Assembly: GCA_018829775.1 (NCBI GenBank)
Contig: JAHJTL010000005.1
Coordinates: forward strand, 6,506-70,505
Direction: 5' to 3'
Length of the DNA: 64,000 bases
Source: Chloroflexota bacterium
Lineage (GTDB): Bacteria; Chloroflexota; Dehalococcoidia; Dehalococcoidales; RBG-16-60-22
Shown: positions 56,739 to 64,000 of the stretch, piece after piece
Layout of the letters: each line of letters begins with the position of its first letter
Position numbering within the stretch: the first letter of the stretch is position 1
Program-made: the position numbers and the translations under genes
Notes under the pieces: generated by a model
The model's input: only the letters and a program-made list of their open reading frames with translations
Told to the model about the DNA's origin: nothing
The model's database searches: none

Positions 56739-59700
56739 ATGTTTACTCATCTTCACGTCCATACCGAATACAGTCTGCTCGATGGTATGTGCCGCATTCC
56801 GCAGCTCGTATCAAGGGCCAAAGAGCTGGGTATGGACAGCCTGGCGATAACCGACCACGGCGCCATGTATGGCGTCATTGAGTTCTACCGTACCGCCAGG
56901 GAGGCGGGGATAAAGCCCATCATCGGCTGCGAGGTATACGTCGCCCCGGGAAGTCGCGTCGGACGTGATGTAGCTGACAGGAACCACTATCATCTCATTC
57001 TCCTGGCCAAGAATTATGCCGGCTACCAGAACCTTATCCAGCTCGTAACCAAGGCGCACCTCGAGGGCTTCTACTACCGGCCGCGGGTGGACAGAGAACT
57101 TCTGGAGCAACACCACGATGGTTTAATTGCACTTACCAGCTGTCTGGCGGGAGAGATACCACGGTTGATTCTGGAGGGACGACTTCAGGATGCCAAACAG
57201 GCGGCACAGTGGTATCGGCAGGTATTTGGCGATTTCTACCTTGAGATACAGCGACAGCCCATCGCCGAGCTCGAGCAGGTGAACCAGGCCCTCATCCCCA
57301 TGAGCGATGAGCTCGGTATCCCGCTGGTGGCCACCAATGATATCCACTACATCAGGCGTGAGGATGCTCAGGCCCATGACCTGCTCCTGTGTATCGGCAC
57401 CAACTCCTCCATTCATGACGAGAAGCGGATGAAAATGGCCTCGGATACCCTTTATCTGAGGAGCCCGGAGGAGATGGCCGAGCTCTTTCGGGATATCCCG
57501 CAGGCCCTTGATAACACAGAACGGATTGCCGAGATGTGCGACCTCACTCTGGAGTTCGGGCGACTTCATCTGCCTGAGATTGAACTGCCGCCGGGAAAAA
57601 CGGCCGACGAGTTTCTCGCTGCCCTGTGCTATGAAAACCTGTCCCACTACTATCCCCAGCCCACTGAAGAAATAAAAGGGCGGCTCGGTTATGAGCTCGA
57701 GGTCATTAAAAAGACCCAGTTTGCCAACTATTTCCTGGTGGTCTGGGACATCATTTCCTTCACCAAGGAACGCGACATTCTCTTCGGGGTGCGGGGCAGT
57801 GCTGCCGCCAGCATAGTCCTGCACTGCCTCGGTATAACTGCGGTGGACCCGATTGAGCACCAGCTGGTCTTCGAGCGATTCCTCAACCTGGAGCGCAAGG
57901 AGATGCCGGATATCGACCTTGATTTTCAGGATGACCGCCGGGATGAGGTTATCGCCTACGTTTCGCAGAAGTACGGTCAGGACCACGTGGCCCAGATTAT
58001 CACCTTCGGTACCCTCGGCGCCAAAGCCGCCATCCGGGACGTGGGACGGGCGCTGGGCATGGCCTACAGCGATGTTGACCGCGTGGCCCGCCTGGTGCCG
58101 TACTCGCCGACCATGACGCTGGCCAGGGCCCTGAATGAGAACAACGAGCTCAGGAGCATACATCAGGATGACCAGATAATCCGCAATCTGGTCGATTCCG
58201 CACGGAAGGTGGAAGGAATTGCCCGCCACGCCAGCACCCACGCCGCCGGCGTGGTCATTTCCAAAGAGCCGCTCACTAAATACGTCCCGTTACAGTGGGG
58301 CAGCAAGGTCAATGGTCAGGAATCGGTGATGACCCAGTTCTCCATGGGCGATGTTGCCGAGATAGGTCTGCTCAAAATGGACTTCCTCGGCTTGGCCAAC
58401 CTCACCATTTTGGAGAAGGCGAAGGAAATCATTGCCGAGAGCCACGGCGTTGAAATCGACCTGCAGAATATTCCGATGGATGACGCCAGGACATTTAATC
58501 TGCTCTCTTCCGGAGAAACGACCGGGGTCTTTCAGCTGGAAGGGGCCGGTATGCGCCGTTATATCAAAGAGCTGAAACCGACCGCCTTCAGCGATATCGC
58601 CGCTATGGTGGCGCTCTACCGTCCCGGCCCGATGGAGCACATCCCCACCTTTATCAGGGCGAAGCACGGCCAGGAGCCCATCCGCTATCCCCACCCCGCT
58701 CTGGAAAATATCCTGCAGGAAACGTACGGGGTGATTGTCTATCAGGACCAGGTGCTGTTCATCGTGAGGGAGTTTGCTGGCTACAGCCTGGGACAGGCGG
58801 ACATATTCCGCAAGGCTATGGGCAAGAAAATCGCTGAGGTGATGAAGAAAGAGAGGCGCCGCTTTATTGAAGGCGCCAAGAAAAAGGGCTTCTCGGCGGA
58901 CCTCGCCGCCCAGGTCTTCAACCTGATAGAGCCATTTGCCGGCTATGCTTTCAACAAAGCCCACAGCGTGAGCTATGCCCTCATCGCTTACCAGACCGCG
59001 TACCTCAAAGCGAACTACCCGGCGGAGTATATAACTGCGTTTCTTACCATCCACGCCGACCAGCCCGAGAAGGTGGCCAGTGCAGTTGCCGAGTGCCGTC
59101 GTCTGGGCATAAAGGTGCTGTCGCCGAATATCAATCATAGTCAGGTCAATTTCTCCATTGAGAAAGATGGTGCGGCACCCGCCATTCGCTTTGGACTATC
59201 GGCCATAAAAAATGTGGGGCCGGGTGCCGTTGAGCCAATGGTGACGGAAAGAGATAAAAACGGGGAGTTCCGGTCCATTGAAGACCTCTGCCGGCGTTGC
59301 GACCTGCGCGGCATCAATCGGCGGGCCATTGAGAGCCTGATTAAAGCCGGTGCCTTCGACCCGCTGGGCAGTCGGGCAGAACTGCTGAGCAATGTGAACC
59401 GCATCATTGCGCTGGCGCAGCGGGAACAGCGACTGCGCGAGTCAGGACAGTCAACCATGTTCGACCTGTGGGGAGAAAAAACACAGGTGCCGATGCCCAG
59501 CCTTGACCTTAGTACGGCGGACGACGTCCCCATGAGGGAGAGGCTTGCCTGGGAGAAGGAATTGACCGGGGTGTACCTTTCCGAGCACCCCTTCAGCGCC
59601 GTGGCCGGTGAACTGAGCGCCGAAACAACACTGGTCGGGCAGATTGACTTCGGGCTGGTCGGGCAGATGGTGGACATTGTCGGTATGGTGGGGTCGGTCC

Positions 59701-60287
59701 GTCAGCTCTTCACCAGAGAGGGGAACCAGTTTGCCAGCGCCATACTCGAAGACCTCGGTGGGCAGGTTGAAATTATGGTCTGGCCAAAGGTTTATGCGGA
59801 CACGAGTGAGCTATGGCAGGAGGGAAATATCCTTGAAGTGAAGGGCAAGGTGAGGGTGAGGGAGGACCGGGTGCAGTTGAGCTGTGAGGAGGCACGTCTT
59901 TACCAGCCTGCGGAAGAGAAAGCAGAGGTAGGGGCAGAAGTAGAGGCAGAGGCAGGGGCAGGGGAAGAGGAAATTGCCCAACCGCCCGCTGAAGTAGAGC
60001 AAGCTGTCGAGGAGACGAAGACGAAGGAGATACTGATGGAAAATCGCCGACTGGTCATCAGCCTCAGTCAGACCAGCGACGCTGAGAGAGACAAGGCCAA
60101 CCTGTATACAATCATTGACATTCTACGGGGTTACCCCGGGCACGATGAAGTGAAATTAAGAGTAGCCAACGGAAACAAAATAACTCACCTCCGTCTTTTT
60201 GATATTTTTGCCGATTATTCTCCCGAACTTCACGCCCGTCTGGTGGGGGTGGTGGGGGAGGAAGGCTTAAAACTGGAAAAGAAGTGA
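56739..60287 (+). CDS. dnaE: DNA polymerase III alpha subunit
   Basis: 1182 aa. PHP domain (FTHLHVHTEYSLLDG), polymerase core (PDIDLDF, GLLKMDFLGL), OB fold, and an acidic Glu/Ala-rich insert near the C-terminus. Confidence 0.95.
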   Translation: MFTHLHVHTEYSLLDGMCRIPQLVSRAKELGMDSLAITDHGAMYGVIEFYRTAREAGIKPIIGCEVYVAPGSRVGRDVADRNHYHLILLAKNYAGYQNLIQLVTKAHLEGFYYRPRVDRELLEQHHDGLIALTSCLAGEIPRLILEGRLQDAKQAAQWYRQVFGDFYLEIQRQPIAELEQVNQALIPMSDELGIPLVATNDIHYIRREDAQAHDLLLCIGTNSSIHDEKRMKMASDTLYLRSPEEMAELFRDIPQALDNTERIAEMCDLTLEFGRLHLPEIELPPGKTADEFLAALCYENLSHYYPQPTEEIKGRLGYELEVIKKTQFANYFLVVWDIISFTKERDILFGVRGSAAASIVLHCLGITAVDPIEHQLVFERFLNLERKEMPDIDLDFQDDRRDEVIAYVSQKYGQDHVAQIITFGTLGAKAAIRDVGRALGMAYSDVDRVARLVPYSPTMTLARALNENNELRSIHQDDQIIRNLVDSARKVEGIARHASTHAAGVVISKEPLTKYVPLQWGSKVNGQESVMTQFSMGDVAEIGLLKMDFLGLANLTILEKAKEIIAESHGVEIDLQNIPMDDARTFNLLSSGETTGVFQLEGAGMRRYIKELKPTAFSDIAAMVALYRPGPMEHIPTFIRAKHGQEPIRYPHPALENILQETYGVIVYQDQVLFIVREFAGYSLGQADIFRKAMGKKIAEVMKKERRRFIEGAKKKGFSADLAAQVFNLIEPFAGYAFNKAHSVSYALIAYQTAYLKANYPAEYITAFLTIHADQPEKVASAVAECRRLGIKVLSPNINHSQVNFSIEKDGAAPAIRFGLSAIKNVGPGAVEPMVTERDKNGEFRSIEDLCRRCDLRGINRRAIESLIKAGAFDPLGSRAELLSNVNRIIALAQREQRLRESGQSTMFDLWGEKTQVPMPSLDLSTADDVPMRERLAWEKELTGVYLSEHPFSAVAGELSAETTLVGQIDFGLVGQMVDIVGMVGSVRQLFTREGNQFASAILEDLGGQVEIMVWPKVYADTSELWQEGNILEVKGKVRVREDRVQLSCEEARLYQPAEEKAEVGAEVEAEAGAGEEEIAQPPAEVEQAVEETKTKEILMENRRLVISLSQTSDAERDKANLYTIIDILRGYPGHDEVKLRVANGNKITHLRLFDIFADYSPELHARLVGVVGEEGLKLEKK

Positions 60288-61078
60288 GGGCAGTGGATAT
60301 ACCTTCCGACGAGATGCATAAAGGTCACCGAAAGAGGCTCAGGGAAAAGTTCCTGAAGTCCGGGCTGTCCGGTTTCCACGACTATGAAATCGTGGAGCTG
60401 CTTTTGACACTGGGTTCGCCGCGCAGGGACTGCAAGCCGCAGGCGAAAGAAGCTTTGAAACGGTTCAAGACGCTGAGGGGTGTGCTTTCGGCCTCCGCAG
60501 AGGAATTGCAGCAAATTGAGGGCATTGGTTCGCACAGCGCTTTCGGCGTCAGGCTGGTTCAGGAGATAGCCAGGGAGTTTCTCAAGGGGAAAATTGTGGA
60601 CCAGCCCTTTTTGAAGTCCTCGCGTGAGATATTCGACTATCTCTATCATGCCATGCGCGACCTGAAAAAAGAACTGTTCAAAGTAATTTACCTGAGCAGC
60701 CAGAACCAGATTATCGAAATGGTTGACCTCTTTGAAGGTACGGTGGACAGCAGTTCCATTTCGCCGCGGGAAATCATCGAGGGGGCGCTTAAAGACAGCG
60801 CGGCGGCCCTGATATTCGTCCACAATCACCCCTCCGGCAACCCCGCACCGAGCACCAGCGATAAACAACTGACCAGAGAGCTGGTTTACGTCGGCAAAAT
60901 CATGCGGATGAAGGTGGTCGACCACATCATCATCGGCAACGACCGCTATTACAGCTTTGCCGATGAGGGGCTGGTTGAGGAATATGAAATGGACTTCCTG
61001 AACCTGAAACTGCGGGGGACTTCGGAGGCAAAGCGGAGGATTTACCGGGCCGGGAAATCCACCTCCCAACTTTATTAG
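60284..61078 (+). CDS. radC: RadC-family JAB/MPN-domain protein
   Basis: GHRKRLREKF, an HhH region (LLTLGSPRRDCKPQAKEALKRFKTLRGVLSAS) and the JAB motif HNHPSGNPAPS. The GTG at 60284 overlaps the dnaE stop (GTGA). ATG 60314 (MHKGHRKRL) is an alternative start. Confidence 0.85.
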   Translation: MRAVDIPSDEMHKGHRKRLREKFLKSGLSGFHDYEIVELLLTLGSPRRDCKPQAKEALKRFKTLRGVLSASAEELQQIEGIGSHSAFGVRLVQEIAREFLKGKIVDQPFLKSSREIFDYLYHAMRDLKKELFKVIYLSSQNQIIEMVDLFEGTVDSSSISPREIIEGALKDSAAALIFVHNHPSGNPAPSTSDKQLTRELVYVGKIMRMKVVDHIIIGNDRYYSFADEGLVEEYEMDFLNLKLRGTSEAKRRIYRAGKSTSQLY

Positions 61079-61214
61079 ACCCTGTTATTCACCTGAATCC
61101 TATTATTTTATAATTCCTCTATATGACCTAAATCATACCAATCATTCGTGAATTTGCTTTAAAATTAAAGCTCTAGTACTAAATACCTATAACCAGGTAG
61201 GACTAAAGTAATAT

Positions 61215-61300
61215 GACAATTGTCTGGATATTAATTGACAATTGGCGAAATAAAATAGGATGATATTTCATAAATGACGGCTGATATCTGGACAATTGGC
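61215..61300. promoter_or_regulatory. Three GACAATTG(T/G)C boxes upstream of the MEDS-RadC gene (candidate operators)
   Basis: GACAATTGTC (61215-61224) is a perfect palindrome. GACAATTGGC occurs at 61237-61246 and 61291-61300. Copies 1 and 3 are flanked by a CTGGA motif (after copy 1, overlapping the 5' end of copy 3). Confidence 0.4.
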
Positions 61301-61323
61301 AAAAATCTTTCGGGGTAACGGAA

Positions 61324-62688
61324 ATGGCTCTACAAGATATAACGACAATACCGCCGGAAAAAAGAAATAGAGAATCGGGAATCCGTAATACAGGTGCTGT
61401 CCCTTGGGGCACGCACCTTTGTTATTTTTATGACACTAAACAAGACTTAATTGATATTCTGGTGCCTTATTTCAAGGCAGGTTTGGAAAATAATGAGTTT
61501 TGTATCTGGGTTACTTCCGAGTACCTCGATGAAAAAGAAGCTGAAGAAGCAATAAGGAAGGCTGTACCTGATTTCGCTCAGTACCTGGAAAGAGGACAAA
61601 TAGAGATTATTCCGCATACCGAATGGTATCTCAAAGACGGTGTTTTCAATGGACAAAGAGTCATCAATGCCTGGATTGGTAAACTTGAACGAGCCCTGGC
61701 AAATGATTATGGTGGTATGAGAGTAACTGGTGATACGGATTGGGTCGGGAAAAGATATTGGAGAGAGTTCACTGATTATGAAAAACAGGTGCATAACATA
61801 ATCGGCGAGAATCGCATGATTGCTCTCTGCACTTATTCCCTTGATAAATGTGGAGCAAGCGGGGTCATAGATATACTGGGCAAAAACCAATTCACTCTCA
61901 CTACGCAGACAGGCGATTGGTCTCTTACCAAAAACCCCAAGTGTAAGCGGGCAGGGAAGAGACGGGGGATGAATTCACAAGTTAAATCAAGAGGAAACAT
62001 GACACCGCTGCAAAAGAGGTTCGTCAAGTCGGGGCTTGAGGACCTCGATGACCGGGAGGCCATCAAATTGCTGATGAGCATCTGCAACTGCGGGCGGCAG
62101 AAAGCGGTGACCAAGCAGTGCTTCAAGGCTTTCGCCAATATCAGAGAAGTCCTGTCCGCATCCCAGGAAGAGCTGGAGCAAGCCGGTTTTGCTCCCCAGT
62201 GCATCTTTTACCTCAAGCTCCTGCGTGAAATACCGAGGGAGGTGCTTCGTGAGAGAATCAGGGAGCGGGCGGTTTACGAGTCTTCCAAGGAGGTCTTTGA
62301 CTACCTCTACTACTCAATGCGTGACCTCAAGGAAGAGGTGTTCAAGGTCATTTACCTGGACAGCCGGGAAGGGGTAATCGATATCGTCGACCTTTTTGAA
62401 GGGGAAGCGGGAAGTATCTATATTCAACCCCGTGAGATTGTGGAAACGGCCATCAGACGTAAAGCGGCGTCGCTGCTTTTTGTCCACAACCACCCCTCCG
62501 GCGACCCCAAATCTAGCAAACTTGATAAAAGGTTTACCAGAGACCTGGTCTTTGTCGGCAATATCCTTCAGATACGGGTGCTGGACCACATCATAATCGG
62601 TGAGGACAGGTACTTCAGCTTCGCTGATGAGGGGCTGATTAGGCAATACGAGGATGATTTCCTCAACGTGAGGGTCAGGCGCATCTGA
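61324..62688 (+). CDS. MEDS sensor domain fused to a complete RadC (HhH + JAB/MPN) module
   Basis: Residues ~25-200 are MEDS-like: HLCYFYDTKQDLIDILVPYFKAGLENNEFCIWV...MIALCTYSLDKC. Residues ~220-454 are a full RadC: LQKRFVKSGL..., HNHPSGDPKSS. The RadC part is ~60% identical by eye to the upstream radC product, and there is no stop between the halves. Confidence 0.75.
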   Translation: MALQDITTIPPEKRNRESGIRNTGAVPWGTHLCYFYDTKQDLIDILVPYFKAGLENNEFCIWVTSEYLDEKEAEEAIRKAVPDFAQYLERGQIEIIPHTEWYLKDGVFNGQRVINAWIGKLERALANDYGGMRVTGDTDWVGKRYWREFTDYEKQVHNIIGENRMIALCTYSLDKCGASGVIDILGKNQFTLTTQTGDWSLTKNPKCKRAGKRRGMNSQVKSRGNMTPLQKRFVKSGLEDLDDREAIKLLMSICNCGRQKAVTKQCFKAFANIREVLSASQEELEQAGFAPQCIFYLKLLREIPREVLRERIRERAVYESSKEVFDYLYYSMRDLKEEVFKVIYLDSREGVIDIVDLFEGEAGSIYIQPREIVETAIRRKAASLLFVHNHPSGDPKSSKLDKRFTRDLVFVGNILQIRVLDHIIIGEDRYFSFADEGLIRQYEDDFLNVRVRRI

Positions 62689-62946
62689 TTACGTCTTATC
62701 AGCCTGGCGGCGGCGCTGTATGGTGGCCCCGAAGACAATCAGCACTGCCCCGAGCACGATGCTGGCCACCACCTTTATCAGCAGCGGGAAGTTCATGCTG
62801 AGGAAGAAGGCGTAGGTGTACAGGCCGGCGAGGTAGGCAATCGCCCGGACAACGTGATGGGCCTGGATCGGTCTCTGCTTTACCCCTCGGAAAATAAGCC
62901 AGCCGATAAGCGCCAGAGAAGCCAGCACGGCAACAGCAGTCAGCAT
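62689..62946 (-). CDS. Small membrane protein (3 TM), unknown function
   Basis: 85-aa hydrophobic ORF, co-directional with two further small membrane ORFs. Confidence 0.45.
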   Translation of the reverse strand: MLTAVAVLASLALIGWLIFRGVKQRPIQAHHVVRAIAYLAGLYTYAFFLSMNFPLLIKVVASIVLGAVLIVFGATIQRRRQADKT

Positions 62947-62951
62947 TCAGT

Positions 62952-63134
62952 TCACCACCCTATGTCTTCAAAGTATTTGCTCAGAAACGCGAACATGGCC
63001 ACGGTGAGCAGGAGAGATACCAGTTTCCCCGCCTCGGAAAGGTTCTTCACATACTCGGCGGCCAGGTAACCAACTCCGGCCAGGCAGAAGAGGATACCGA
63101 AGCCAAACAAAACATATTCCAGCCTTATATTCAC
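62952..63134 (-). CDS. Small membrane protein (2 TM), unknown function
   Basis: 60-aa hydrophobic ORF, 5 nt from the next gene. Confidence 0.4.
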   Translation of the reverse strand: MNIRLEYVLFGFGILFCLAGVGYLAAEYVKNLSEAGKLVSLLLTVAMFAFLSKYFEDIGW

Positions 63135-63149
63135 TTCATTTAACTCCTG

Positions 63150-63659
63150 TCATCGAGGTGCCGGCACCGGCTTTACCGGGTAGGGAGACGGGTTGATGTA
63201 GATGATTACATTTCTCTCTGTTTCCCCACGTTTGATGGTCAGCGTATAGTCGAATCCCTGCTCGGGTGGGGCATCAGGCGGCAGAAGCTCGGCGGTGTCA
63301 ATCGACCATTCCACATATTCTTTATCAAAAGACCCGACGGCAATACGCTGGGCGAGCACATCGCTGACCTTTTGCTGCATCCGCCAGACCGATACCTCAA
63401 TATCAGCCTCATACCGGGAAAACCGCCGGTTGTCCACTTCGTACCGGATAAAGGCTTTCTCACCCCGCGTTACCCCGGTGGACCAGAACGGGTCGCCCCG
63501 CTGCCAGACATCCGATTCTATCTTCTGTTCTCGCTCGCCGGCGGTAATATAGACGGTATCATAAACGCCTATGTACCCATCTATGATAAAGATGGCGATG
63601 ATACCGAAAAAACAGACCAGGGTGAGATACAGGTAGAGACTTCTTTTTTTAGCTGCCAT
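63150..63659 (-). CDS. Membrane-anchored hypothetical protein
   Basis: 169 aa. N-terminal TM (LYLYLTLVCFFGIIAIFII) plus a soluble beta-rich domain. Confidence 0.5.
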   Translation of the reverse strand: MAAKKRSLYLYLTLVCFFGIIAIFIIDGYIGVYDTVYITAGEREQKIESDVWQRGDPFWSTGVTRGEKAFIRYEVDNRRFSRYEADIEVSVWRMQQKVSDVLAQRIAVGSFDKEYVEWSIDTAELLPPDAPPEQGFDYTLTIKRGETERNVIIYINPSPYPVKPVPAPR

Positions 63660-63701
63660 ATGTCATCTCATTATCGCATAACTGTGGCCAGTTATAAAAC
63701 C

Positions 63702-64000
63702 TCACCCCAGCTCCGGCTCAATCAAGCCGTAGTTGCCGTCCTGGCGCCGGTACAGCACGTTGAATTCATCCGTGTCCGTATTGAGGAAAAAGAAAAAGCT
63801 GTGCCCCAGTATTTCCATCTGCTCGGCGGCCTCAGGAACGGACATCGGCTTCATGGCAAACTGCTTCACTTTGACCACTTCCGGGCGGAAGGGCTGAACC
63901 GGCTCGATTTTGAGTTCACCTCGCGCCAGCGAGTTGCCCTTGCCTTTTTTATAAAGTTTTCCTTTCTGGCGCTCCAGCTGGCGGTCCAGTACCGAGGTAA
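63702..64000 (-). CDS. hpf: Ribosome hibernation-promoting factor (long HPF), C-terminal part; gene continues past the right edge
   Basis: Not in the ORF track. My translation reads ...RGELKIEPVQPFRPEVVKVKQFAMKPMSVPEAAEQMEILGHSFFFFLNTDTDEFNVLYRRQDGNYGLIEPELG*, the conserved long-HPF dimerisation domain. Confidence 0.85.
   Translation of the reverse strand, partial: TSVLDRQLERQKGKLYKKGKGNSLARGELKIEPVQPFRPEVVKVKQFAMKPMSVPEAAEQMEILGHSFFFFLNTDTDEFNVLYRRQDGNYGLIEPELG

Noticed and set aside
56811-61069. Very long antisense ORFs inside dnaE and radC (for example 57123-58241, 58290-59138, 59141-59677, 60230-61069)
   Set aside because: They are fully nested antisense to strongly supported genes. Their translations are compositionally odd (Gly/Leu/Val/Arg-rich) and motif-free. 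This is a typical codon-bias artefact.
1-64000. Search for CRISPR arrays, IS elements and inverted-repeat transposons, integrases, prophage, restriction-modification or other known defence genes
   Set aside because: I saw no regularly spaced direct repeats, no transposase, integrase, recombinase or reverse-transcriptase-like ORFs, and no known defence domains by eye. The only mobile-element hints are the tRNA-like fragments and the small Xis-type HTH gene, which are reported separately.

Overview
This 64-kb window has about 62 protein-coding genes and one tRNA-Val(GAC), at roughly 50% GC by eye. I saw no rRNA, CRISPR array, transposase, integrase or phage structural genes. Coding density is high and the content looks chromosomal. 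The right end is a housekeeping block (tRNA-Val, dnaE, radC, hpf). The rest is mostly catabolic and transport genes typical of an anaerobic amino-acid/organic-acid fermenter. These include a tungsten-type aldehyde:ferredoxin oxidoreductase, IorAB, a class I aminotransferase, a DAO-type flavoprotein, glutamate dehydrogenase and carbamate kinase. There are also two nitrilase-superfamily hydrolases, three OFA-like MFS paralogues, two MDR alcohol dehydrogenase paralogues, a UxaA-type dehydratase, an Ldh_2 oxidoreductase, a tautomerase and an EthD protein. The taxon cannot be proven from sequence alone; the mix is reminiscent of Chloroflexota/Dehalococcoidia-like genomes. The most noteworthy observations are: (1) A minus-strand cluster at 48.0-53.6 kb holds a COG2403 P-loop enzyme, an arginine:glycine-amidinotransferase homologue, a Na+/solute symporter and carbamate kinase, with no deiminase or OTC in the window. 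I read it as a possible undescribed ATP-yielding route for guanidino compounds. (2) A DsbA/GST-kappa-like gene (31338-31958) has an in-frame TGA exactly at the catalytic Cys/Ser position, followed by a SECIS-like hairpin, making it a candidate selenoprotein that the ORF track truncates. (3) dnaE is followed by two RadC paralogues, the second fused to an N-terminal MEDS sensor domain and preceded by three GACAATTG boxes. (4) A co-directional signalling operon (7.6-14.2 kb) encodes an HTH protein, a CHASE2 cyclase, an ECF sigma factor, a FecR anti-sigma factor, a GAF-HD-GYP protein and a PDE-like MBL hydrolase. (5) Two degenerate tRNA-Met-like 3' halves in inverted orientation bracket a 2.9-kb block. 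(6) A near-identical ~35-nt promoter module sits in front of four unrelated genes. All functional calls come from my reading of the translated ORFs and motifs; no database search was run.
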